Positions 42,161 to 57,952 of a DNA stretch of 64,000 nt are shown here, in pieces (the first letter of the stretch is position 1; each line of letters opens with the position of its first letter). The position numbers and the translations under genes were made by a program. Under the pieces are notes generated by a model. The model worked only from the letters and a program-made list of their open reading frames with translations, was not told the DNA's origin and did not search any database. The stretch is from the human T2T-CHM13v2.0 reference genome, Homo sapiens. The stretch lies in the NCBI RefSeq assembly GCF_009914755.1, contig NC_060933.1; one strand, given 5' to 3'.

Positions 42161-45100
42161 CAGTACCTACTTAAATGGATAGCTGAAAGAGGCTGATGAG
42201 CCTCCATTCCTAGCAGGATATCAGAAACCTTCAAGTTTAGAAGAGACTTCCATTCATCTAGAAAACATTTCCCACACACATGGTATGTGCCAGACCCTGG
42301 GCAACTCATAGAACTTGCAAAAGAGCCAGGCACAGCTCTGCCTTGAAGGAGCCACAGAGAGACAAGTGAGAAGGTCAGGTGGAGACATCATAATTACACT
42401 GTGTCAGGATACATGCTTGGCTATTTTACTGAAGACTTCACAAGCTTATTAAGAGCTGAGAGAAAAGAGCCACTGAAGTTTGCTTAATGAAATCCAGGTC
42501 AGCTTCACAGAGGAGGCAGCAGGCAAGCTGATTCCTTGTTATCTTTACCAAGGCACCTCTCCCTGGAAGCCACTATGTTCACACATCAACCCTGGAAGTT
42601 GGTGAAATGAAAGGCTTGTGAGCTCTACAATCAGACAAATAAAGTTTGAAACTCAGCTCAATAATTTCTTAACACTGTGAATTTAGGAAGTCAATAAGAA
42701 GGAACAGCTAAGAACATGATTAGAGTCGCACAGGGCTAAGAGTAAGCAACAGAGCTATCCATTACTAGTTGAGAATGCTGATACAAGGAATCACGTCTTT
42801 CAAAGCCTCATATCCCCATATGTAAAACAGAACTAATAAAATATTGACTTCACAAGATTACTTAAGTTAAAGCAAGAAGTTTTTAACATAGTGGATGATA
42901 ATAAGAAAGGCTTGATAATTATCAGCTCTTTTTGTTGGAACAGTTACTTAATTTCTTTATGCATGTAAAGCCTTTTAGTATATTGCTTAATATAGAGTTC
43001 TCAGTGACTGTTAGTTGCTATGATTATTAACAGCAGAGACCATAGACCCAGTGAATTATCATGGTTCCTCCTAGCCTAAGGGCTGGCCAGCAATGATACA
43101 TCTAAGTTATATATCCCTGTGCATTTATAAAAATGCTTCCTACCCCACCCCCAGGGACTCTCAGCTCCTTGCGCTGAAATGGAAGGCCACAGATTATTTC
43201 TGCAGCAGGAGCTGTGCCAAGGCATCATTAAGGTAGAGATGACAGAGACAGGGTAGTGGTGGTTCCCTAAGTAACTATAACTCAGGTGCTACACACACCT
43301 GGCGCTTCCTGCATATGCTGTTAAATTTATGGGACAGCAATAATAGTAACAACATTAGCACAAATTTATTTGTAAAATGCCCACACCTGAACAGCTTGAA
43401 GAGCTAAAATAGAAACCCTACTAAATTTTATAGAAATCTATGTATATATGTGAAGATGTGAAGATGTGTGTAAGTGTATAAGAATTGAGATCAGGATGTA
43501 GCTGTGCTTAGAGTAGAAGTAACAGCAGCCCTGGGAATCATAACTATGATTTTCTTCTTCCATTTCGATCATCGACTAGACCAGTATTATTAGCCATGTT
43601 GCTGCCTTCTTGGTTTTCCAGTAGTCAGCAGCTTGAGGCAAGAAAAAGTGCCATTGCAAAAGCCAGCAGGATTCAAATTCCCAAATTTATCAGTCTCTGG
43701 TTACACGAACTTAGGCTGGTCATTTCTGTTTTTGTAGTATCAGGTTCCTCCAAAGATAAAATAGGCATAACTATAACTTAGTCCTACTCCATGTCTAGTG
43801 TGGAAGAGAGGCACTCCCTCCCACCTCTCTTTCTTCATAAAGGGCAAAACATATGAAAGTATGTTGTTTTTATAGTCTAATTTCCCAGTTGATTATTTGT
43901 AAAGTTTATTTAGCAAAGTATTATAACCAGGTAGAGAGGGATACAGAACTTGCCCCCCTGCCATGTTACTCCACGTTCCTCAGGGGCATGGACCCTTATT
44001 ATTTTCTCTAACACCAAACCTGGTATTGAGTATCAGCTAAATTAATATTTGATAAAAGAATAAATGGATAAATGAATGAATGGACAGAGGCTTTAACCAA
44101 TTCCTTATTTGAGAAAAAGGGAACAGGCTTCATGGGATCATCCTAAGGCAGGAAAATAAAATCCAGTCATTACCTTCTCAGTGCAGAGAACAAGATGGGC
44201 AAGAGTTTCAGCTGAAGTATTCCCTTGTTTCACAATAAAAATAATGACAGCTACCATGTTTAAGCACTTACTCTGCCCTGAGCCCTGGATTAAGTCCTTT
44301 GCAGGGAATATTATCATTTCATATTTACATCAAACCTATGGAGTTATAGTTACTATGCCCATTTTACAGAGGAGAAATTTAAGTTAATATAAATGAAATT
44401 TGTGTCTGTTATCACACAACTAATAAAATTTTAACCCAAGATATCTGACCCCAAGGTATAGCCTCTGAAACTGTATCTATACTGCCTCCTAGGTGACTGC
44501 AGAGATGCATCTTTCTGAGCATTGGAGACTTCCAGATGTAACAGAAATTGAGCCAGATACTGCTAGGCACAGGGAGCTGAAACAGAAACAGACATGCACG
44601 CCATCCTCATGAAGTTTCCAGTCTGGTGGGGATGGGAGATCAGACATGAAAATGCTAGTGTACAGAAGAATAGGGGGACATGAGTGAGTATACCAGAAAG
44701 ACCTTTTTCAGAAAGGGGCATTTAAGCCCTGTCCTGGTGGGAGAAAGGATATTCCAATGTAAAATGCACTGAAAAAGGCAGTGAGTGACATGAGATGGGG
44801 CTGGAGAGGTAAGCAAAGGCATGCAAAACGTTGAAGGCCAGTTAATGAGTTTGATCTTAATTATGAAAGAGCAGAGAAACCAGTGAAGGTGGCATAATGA
44901 GGCAACGTGTTATAATGCCCGGTCTATCTGCTAAGGGAGAAGGGTATCCTGCCAGAGTGATGGTAAGGAACAAGGAGTCATGGCTTGAATAGTGGTGACA
45001 CTGGGGATGGAGAGAGTCATCAAATGCAGAGTACAGTTGGGGATGGAATTGCTGGACTTGTGATGAATCAGATCTTCTAGGAAGTAGAAAAGGGAGAGGA

Positions 45101-45203
45101 TAGGTGGTGTCTTGACATCTGTATCCAAACTTTACTCCCAGACAGAATGTCTTCAACAGGTCATCTTACTGCCATGGGGAAGTACAGATAAAAACACAGA
45201 ATA

Positions 45204-45552
<349 letters not shown>

Positions 45553-45900
45553 CTAACCTAGTAAGATAATTTTGTGTCCTTCTTAATTCAGGGCTGAAGA
45601 CAGTATTTCCCATTCTTCACTCCAGTTTTGATTAGTCATTATCATTCAATTGTTTACTTATTCTCTAATCAACAAATACTTATAAAGTTTCCATATTTCC
45701 TGTATGGGCCAAACTGGGCATTGGAGATACAGGGAAAGACAAGACCGCAATTCCTAAGTGATGCATCCTGGTTTATCTGTGGGATGGGAACAGTGGTTTC
45801 CTAGAACTGACTCCAGCTGGCTCACAAGATCCAATTGTTAAATATTTAGGGATGTTGCATGGCAGTTGTTAAATGCAGTGGCTTGAAATTAGACGTGATA

Positions 45901-46180
<280 letters not shown>

Positions 46181-46195
<15 letters not shown>

Positions 46196-46216
46196 AAGAA
46201 AGAAAGAAAGAAAGAG

Positions 46217-46283
<67 letters not shown>

Positions 46284-46489
46284 AGGAAAGGAAGGAAGGA
46301 AGGAAGGAAGAGAGAGAGAGAAAGAAAGAAAGAAAGAAAGGAAGGAAGGAAGGAAGGAAGGAATGAAAGAAAGAAAGAAAGGAAGGAAGGAAGGAAGGAA
46401 GGAAGGAAGGAAGGAAGGAAAGAAAGAAAGAAAAAGAAAGAAAGAGGGAGGGAGGGAAAGAAGGCAGGAAGGAAGGAAGGAAGGAAGGG
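46181..46489. repeat. (GAAA)n/(GGAA)n polypurine microsatellite
   Basis: About 310 nt, almost purine-only; (GGAA)10 at 46381-46420. Confidence 0.95.
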
Positions 46490-46491
46490 TG

Positions 46492-46864
<373 letters not shown>

Positions 46865-47017
46865 TCAGGTTTTTTGTTTTGTTTTTCAGAGTCAGTTTAC
46901 CAGCATACCACTGGGTTGGAATCATGGGGCTGAAAGCCTAATGGTTTGTCTTCCAAGTTCAAGGAAGGCAGAAATACAAACAGAAAGTTAGGTCACAGTT
47001 ACAAACTATACACCAGT

Positions 47018-47020
47018 CTT

Positions 47021-47067
<47 letters not shown>

Positions 47068-47071
47068 TTTT
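47018..47071. repeat. (TTTA)n microsatellite
   Basis: About 12 units. Confidence 0.9.
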
Positions 47072-49190
47072 AAAGAATGCCAAGAATTGCAGGGGCAGGT
47101 TGTAGACTTTGGAGTCAGACAGATCTGGGTTTGTATCCTGTGGCCAGCACTCAATGATGATCCAAATTGGGCAATTCACTTTACCATTCTTATCCTAATT
47201 TTTTTGCCTTTGACATGGAGATAATGTTTACAAATCATGATGTAAGTGCTTTGCACAGTGCCTGGCATTTAGTAAGCACTCAGTAAATGATAGCTATTAT
47301 TAATGTTGCTCTTTTTTTTCTCCATTTTTTTTAATGGAAAGATATGCCTTCAAAAATCTGCTTTGCTGATGTGTAGTTCAGTTTTATTATATCAAACTTT
47401 TACATAGGCTCATCAGGAAGAGGACTCCTGTCTGTTTCCAGGTGCTCTTTTAGCACACAGATAATTTAGACTCATCTTTAAACGTCCAGCTTAAGCCCTC
47501 AACACGTGGGAGGGAGTCAAATCCTGAAGTTAGTGGGAGGCCATAAATCGTGTATAACAAATGCACAATATCTTTGTTATACAAGTTATTAATGTCAGTC
47601 TGGGCTGTGGCCTGTTTACATTCTCTGAACAAGGAGATAAATCATCACCCTTGAACTTTCAATGGGAGAATGAAGAGGGAGAGAAGGTTCTCAATTCAGT
47701 TCTTCAAAGACTTTCTAATCCTCATACAAGGAGAGAAGGAGGAAGAAAAGGGGAGAGTTGGAAAAAAATCAAGAAAGGAAGAGAGGAGGGAAGGAAATAC
47801 TTGGAAACCTACCATATGCCACATAGTATAGTCATTTGTTGCCCACATTATTTTGTTTAAACCTCATTACAACACTGTCCATACTTCTACAGATCAAGAT
47901 AAGGTGCTCAAGGAAACTGAGTTACCTGCCCAAGGCCATATAGCTGGTAAGTGGTGGAGCTGGGATCTCACGCAAGGTTTGAATTTGAAGGATGGGTCTT
48001 CTCCTGTACCACACGATGAATTATGTACAACGAGGGGCATGACTTTATTTGAGGGGCCAACTCCAGCAGGATTGGCCCTAAATTGAGGCAGCCAAGTGGG
48101 CCGGCCTGCCCTCAACACTGTAACCATGGATTTATCAAGGTCAGCCACCTCAGCCAAACTACCTGATCCAGTCACCATTAGAGGATCTTCTCACCTCACA
48201 CAAGAATAGGGCCACAACTATCTCTAGACAGCCACCACTCACAACACTTAGGACCTAAAAAGGAGCTTTTTCCCCCAATAGCCCCTTAACCTTATTGAGC
48301 AAGTGCAACTTTCTGTTGCTCCCTGGCTCAGAATTCCCTATGAGACATGTTAAAAATACAGTGCTTTGGGCCCTGTGTAAGACCTACTGAACAGGAATCT
48401 CTGGGAGTGGGGTTTAGAAATCTGATTTTTAAACATTTTTTTTCCTGGAAATGTTAACTATTATTCCTGCAGATGGAGAATCAGAGAAAGGTTTTTTAAA
48501 AACCACAGTGATAATCCATGCATTCAATACAATCTGCAACAAGCCCTTAGCCATGCCCTTGAGTGCCTATGGGTGCTGATGCCTTCAGAGCAATGGTAAT
48601 GGTGTAAGTGAGTGTGTGTACACACTCATGTATGTGTGCACTTTTCTAGCATACTATATAGAAATACAGAAGACATTTCTTTAAAATTAAGTGTAAAGCA
48701 CATATTTATGTCTAGTGAAAGAAATACTGTTCATATTTCTTATATATAGCAGGTTAATTAGGCTTGTAGATAAGACTAGAAACTTATTCATAACCATATC
48801 AATACGCAGGAAGACTAAGGATACAGAAAACTTTTTAAGGGGCTAGCCTTGGCTCCAGACTACCACTTTTACTGTTGCCATACCTCCACCAGAGCAGAGA
48901 TTAGGTAGAATATTGTGTGCTAGCCTCGGAAGCTAACCAACCTGTTGTATTCTCTTACTTCAAGTGCATTCCAGATTAAGGACAACTTTTTCTGGAACAG
49001 TCTTGGAATCCAACCACATTAATGTAGATTTTCATTATATACTTACTATGTCAGGTATAGTTACAGTTAAAATATATTCCATGGTAATATGTTAACTAGA
49101 GCAATTCTTAGACACAGTTTATAATTTTGTCCTTCATAAGGTACATTTCTTCAGGGTAAAGAACCATTTGGGGCTCATCTGAACACCTGG

Positions 49191-49555
49191 TGATATGGTT
49201 TGACTCTGTGTCCCCACCCAAATCTCACTTGAACTGTACTCCCATAATTCCCATGTATTACGGGAGGGACCCAGTGGGAGATAATTGAATCACGGGGGTG
49301 ATTTCTCCCATGTTGTCTTCATGCTAGTGAATAAATCTCATGAGATCTGATGGTTTGATAAGGGGAAACCCATTTCGCTTGGCTCTCATTCTCTCTCTTG
49401 CCTGCTGCAATATAAGACGTGCCTTTCACCTTCCACCATGACTGTGAGGCCTCCCCAGCCACATGGAACTGTAAGTCCAATTAAACCCTTTTTCCTGTAT
49501 AAATTACCAAGTCTAGGGTATATCTTTATCAGCAGTGTGAAAACAGACTAATACA
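49191..49555 (+). mobile_element. THE1B solo LTR
   Basis: tgatatggtttgactctgtgtccccacccaaatctca...aaaacagactaataca; perfect TSD CCTGG at 49186-49190 and 49556-49560. Confidence 0.93.
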
Positions 49556-50404
49556 CCTGGTTATCTAGGACAGTATTGCAATGCTTTTAGTCCACTAGAA
49601 GGTAAATCAACTTTTGTGGGCTAGCCTGGGAACACTGCCCTTGAGCATATGTTTGCTTTTATAAGAAAGCACAGCCTATATGCCAAATGGTCTTACAAAT
49701 AAATTGCTAGCAAGCCAGTGGGCTCCTAGGTTGGGGTCCTAAGGGTTGTAGCAAAACCTTACTGGGGTGTTGTGAGCCACAGGACCACAAGTGCTAGATG
49801 AAAGCGGAGCTAGCCGAGAGCTATAAATAGTGTGCCAAGTGACCCTAACAAGCTCTCCTATCCACTGGGGCTGCTCCAACAGCTTTCTCTTTTGGATACA
49901 TGAAAGCAGCTGAAAGATTGTTTTCCCGAGAGCTTTTTGGCTGCCCTGAGCATGTCAAGGGACTTTGCTGTTTCTAATTATCTCCCTTTATGTTCTGGCC
50001 GAGACTTGTTAATACAATAAACCGGTGTTTCCAGGACGCGCTCACAACGCAGAAACATCTCAAGGTGTTTTACAAGCAGAAGATCATGTTAAATCAAATC
50101 AAATACCAATTAAAGATTAACAGTGGTGTTAGAGAGCTGTTATCACGGTCCAGCCAGGGCCGCTGGGATGGCCAGTGCTTCCTCCAAGCTGCTGCAGTCC
50201 AGCTTCCAGCCAGATTGCTATTTTGGTATCTACTGGGTGTCACAGTCTTTGCCTCAGCTCCAGGATTCCAGAATATCAACACTGGAAAAATGTTAAAGGT
50301 CTTCGCAGATGATCCCTGTTGTATCAAATGGGGAAACTGGGATTTGGAGAGAAGGGATGACCCAACATCACCCAATGTTAAGAATCCAAACTTCTCAACA
50401 TAGA

Positions 50405-50727
50405 ATGCCTTTGGCAGCAACGTAAATGGAACTGGAGGCCATTATCCTAAATGAAATAACGCAGAAATAGAAAGTCAAATACTTCCTCTTCTCACTTATA
50501 AGTGGGAGCTAAACAATGTGTACCCATGGACATATAGAGTGGAATAATAGACATTGGAGACTCCAAAAAGTAGGAGGGTCGGGGGGAAGGGATGAGAAAT
50601 TACATGTTGGGTACAATGCACATGATCCAGGTGATGCATACACTAAAAGCTTAAGCTTTACCACAATCTATCCATGTCATAAAACTGTACATGTAACCCC
50701 TAGATCTATATACTTAAAAAAAAAAAA
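50405..50727 (+). mobile_element. Old L1 (L1PB/L1MA-type) 3' end
   Basis: atggaactggaggccattatcc...cttataagtgggagctaaac...gacattggagactcc...cactaaaagc followed by an A-tail. Confidence 0.8.
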
Positions 50728-50812
50728 TCCAAGATTTTTGAGCTACTCTCAAGCACGCCTAGTCACTGGCCCCACCTAGATGCTTTCAACTGCTGTTTCT
50801 CTGCTGTCTGCT

Positions 50813-51248
50813 TGTGGTGGGTTGAATTGTGGCTATTACAAGACATGTCTACCTGGAACCTCAGAATTGACCTTACATGGAAAAAAGGGTCTTTGCAGAT
50901 GCATTTAAGTTCAGGATCTCTAGATGAGATCATACTCTGTTTAGGATAGGCCCTAAAGCCAATGATTGGTGTCCTTATAAGAGAAAAACAGAGGAGGATG
51001 TGAGGAAAACAGGGATTGGAGCAATGCACATACAGGACTAGGAACTTCGAGGATTGCTGACAGCTCCAGGAGGCTAGGAGGAAGCCACGGAACAGAACAG
51101 ATTCTCCCTCCGTGCTTCCAGAAGAAACCCACACTGGAATACCTTGATTTTGGAATTCTGGCCTCAAAAACTGAGAGAGAATAACTTTCTGTTATTTTAA
51201 GCCACCAAGTTTTGGTAATTTGTTACAGCAGCCACAGAAAACTAATAT
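50813..51248 (+). mobile_element. MLT1C-like solo LTR
   Basis: tgtggtgggttgaatt...gggtctttgcagatg...gtccttataagag...ttttaagccaccaagttttggtaatttgttacagcagcc. Confidence 0.85.
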
Positions 51249-52570
51249 CCCCCTCCTGGAGTGCCTTTCCTCACATCCTGCACATGGTGAGAACTTACCT
51301 TTTTTTCGAGACTCAGTATTAGTATAGCCTCCAGCCTGTGTGGAAGCACTCTTGACTGAACCCATGAGCTGGATTTGCACAAACCTCTTTGATGTTCTTA
51401 AGTGTGTATATCTCCATCAAGTTCATTTCAGCATCTGTAACTCATTTTTTAGTTACCTGTCTCTCTCCCCTACCAGAATTTAGAGTTTGCCTGGAGTGTA
51501 GACCATCTGTGACTCAGTTCAGAGTACTAGAGCCAATCATACATTTGGTCCATACAGGTGTTGAGGAAATGTCTGTTGAATAAACATGAGTATAAACAAG
51601 TGACCTAATCCTTGTACTCTTACTTCTTTGTCAATTATAGAACCCACAGCCACTGCATCTCTATGCCTATCTATCAACCTTTCCTTTCCCCTAACTTGAA
51701 GTCTATTAAAGAGACTCAGGTTTTCAGGCCCAGATGTGAGGTGGTATAATATCAAAAATAAAAGCACCAGCTTTGGGGTCAAATAGGCATATGCTCTGAT
51801 TCTGTCACTTTCTTCGTAAGTATCTTAATGTCTTTGAACCTCATCTTTAAAATGTAGGTAGAAGATTAAATGAGATAATGCATGTAATATGGTCAATTAC
51901 TCCTCTCAGAAGTACCATCACTCCCATTTTATCTTTTTTTTTTTTTATTATACTTTAAGTTTTAGGGTACATGTGCACATTGTGCAGGTTAGTTACATAT
52001 GTATACATGTGCCATGCTGGTGCACTGCACCCACTAACTCGTCATCTAGCATTAGGTATATCTCCCAATGCTATCCCTCCCCCCTCCCCCCACCCCACCA
52101 CAGTCCCCAGAGTGTGATATTCCCCTTCCTGTGTCCATGTGATCTCATTGTTCAATTCCCACCTATGAGTGAGAATATGCGGTGTTTGGTTTTTTGTTCT
52201 TGTGATAGTTTACTGAGAATGATGATTTCCAATTTCATACCTGTCCCTACAAAGGACATGAACTCAACATTTCTTATGGCTGCATAGTATTCCATGGTGT
52301 ATATGTGCCACATTTTCTTAATCCAGTCTATCATTGTTGGACATTTGGGTTGGTTCCAAGTCTTTGCTATTGTGAATAATGCCGCAATAAACATACGTGT
52401 GCATGTGTCTTTATACTAGCATGACTTATAGTCATTTGGGTATATACCCAGTAATGGGATGGCTGGGTCAAATGGTATTTCTAGTTCTAGATCCCTGAGG
52501 AATTGCCACACTGACTTCCACAATGGTTGAACTAGTTTACAGTACCACCAACAGTATAAAAGTGTTCCTA

Positions 52571-55993
<3,423 letters not shown>

Positions 55994-56029
55994 TTAGTTG
56001 ATGCAGTTTCTTCCTAGCCTCGATGGTCT

Positions 56030-57047
56030 TTACATTTTGGCATGATTTTGCAGCGGCTGGTACCGGTTGTTCCTTTCCGTGTTTAGCGCTTCCTTCAGGA
56101 GCTCTTTTAGGGCAGGTCTGGTGGTGACAAAATCTCTCAGCATTTGCTTGTCTGTAAAGTATTTTATTTCTCCTTCACTTATGAAGCTTAGCTTGGCTGG
56201 ATATGAAATTCTGGGTTGAAAATTCTTTTCTTTAAGAATGTTGAATATTGGCCCCCACTCTCTTCTGGCTTGTAGGGTTTCTGCCGAGAGATCCGCTGTT
56301 AGTCTGATGGGCTTCCCTTTGAGGGTAACCCGACCTTTCTCTCTGGCTGCCCTTAACATTTTTTCCTTCATTTCAACTTTGGTGAATCTGACAATTATGT
56401 GTCTTGGAGTTGCTCTTCTCGAGGAGTATCTTTGTGGCGTTCTCTGTATTTCCTGAATCTGAACGATGGCCTGCCTTGCTAGATTGGGGAAGTTCTCCTG
56501 GATAATATCCTGCAGAGTGTTTTCCAACTTGGTTCCATTCTCCCCATCACTTTCAGGTACACCAATGAGACGTAGATTTGGTCTTTTCACATAGTCCCAT
56601 ATTTCTTGGAGGCTTTGCTCATTTCTTTTTATTCTTTTTTCTCTAAACTTCCCTTCTCACTTCATTTCATTCATTTCATCTTCCATTGCTGACACCCTTT
56701 CTTCCAGTTGATCGCATCGGCTCCTGAGGCTTCTGCATTCTTCACGTAGCTCTCGAGCCTTGGTTTTCAGCTCCATCAGCTCCTTTAAGCACTTCTCTGT
56801 ATTGGTTATTCTAGTTATACATTCTTCTAAATTTTTTTCAAAGTTTTCAACTTCTTTGCCTTTGGTTTGAATGTCCTCCCGTAGCTCAGAGTAATTTGAT
56901 CATCTGAAGCCTTCTTCTCTCAGCTCGTCAAAGTCATTCTCCATCCAGCTTTGTTCTGTTGCTGGTGAGGAGCTGCGTTCCTTTGGAGGAGGAGAGGCGC
57001 TCTGATTTTTAGAGCTTCCAGTTTTTCTGTTCTGTTTTTTTCCCCAT
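56030..57047 (-). pseudogene. L1 ORF1, disrupted
   Basis: ATG at 57047 is followed by 7 A instead of 6 (+1 frameshift). CGA>TGA stops at ~56900 and ~56657. The C-terminal 186 aa (..RPNLRLIGVPE..NHAKM) remain open. Confidence 0.9.
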
Positions 57048-57952
57048 CTTTGTGGTTTTATCTACTTTTGGTGTTTGATGATGGTGATGTACAGATGGGT
57101 TTTTGGTGTGGATGTCCTTTCTGTTTGTTAGTTTTCCTTCTAATAGACAGGACCCTCAGCTGCAGGTCTGTTGGAATACCCTGCCGTGTGAGGTGTCAGT
57201 GTGCCCCTGCTGGGGGGTGCCTCCCAGTTAGGCTGCTCGGGGGTCAGGGGTCAGGGACCCACTTGAAGAGGCAGTCTGCGGGTTCTCAGATCTCCAGCTG
57301 CGTGCTGGGAGAACCACTGCTCCCTTCAAAGCTGTCAGACAGGGACATTTAAGTCTGCAGAGGTTACTGCTGTCTTTTTGTTTGTCTGTGCCCTGCCCCC
57401 AGAGGTGGAGCCTACAGAGGCAGGCAGGCCTCCTTGAGCTGTGGTGGGCTCCACCCAGTTCGAGCTTCCCAGCTGCTTTGTTTACCTAAGCAAGCCTGGG
57501 CAATGGCGGGCGCCCCTCCCCCAGCCTCGCTGCCGCCTTGCAGTTTGATCTCAGACTGCTGTGCTAGCAATCAGCGAGATTCCGTGGGCGTAGGACCCTC
57601 TGAGCCAGGTGTGGGATATAGTCTCATGGTGCGCCGTTTCTTAAGCCGGTCTGAAAAGCGCAATACTCGGGTGGGAGTGACCCGATTTTCCAGGTGCGTC
57701 CGTCACCCCTTTCTTTGACTCGGAAAGGGAACTCCCTGACCCCTTGCGCTTCCCAGGTGAGGCAATGCCTAGCCCTGCTTCGGCTCGCGCACCGTGCGCG
57801 CACCCACTGGCCTGCGCCCACTGTCTGGCACTCCCTAGTGAGATGAACCCGGTACCTCAGATGGAAATGCAGAAATCACCCGTCTTCTGAGTCAGTCACG
57901 CTGGGAGCTGAGACCGGAGCTGTTCCTATTCGGCCATCTTGGCTCCTCCCCC
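57048..57952 (-). promoter_or_regulatory. L1 5'UTR with internal sense promoter and antisense promoter; YY1 site intact
   Basis: CpG-rich segment; YY1 motif CAAGATGGCCG (reverse complement at 57931-57941). Confidence 0.8.
57503..57718 (+). CDS. L1 ORF0 (antisense 5'UTR ORF), intact 71 aa
   Basis: MAGAPPPASLPPCSLISDCCASNQRDSVGVGPSEPGVGYSLMVRRFLSRSEKRNTRVGVTRFSRCVRHPFL with Kozak-like GCAATGG; expression not shown. Confidence 0.8.
   Translation: MAGAPPPASLPPCSLISDCCASNQRDSVGVGPSEPGVGYSLMVRRFLSRSEKRNTRVGVTRFSRCVRHPFL

Noticed and set aside
43271-43281. GTAACTATAAC resembling part of an rRNA/I-CeuI site
   Set aside because: Only 11 nt with no flanking rRNA similarity.
49990-50420. Overlapping 137-aa and 108-aa ORFs (and the 144-aa ORF at 59136)
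   Set aside because: No recognisable domain or exon structure; lengths are compatible with chance and they partly overlap old repeats.
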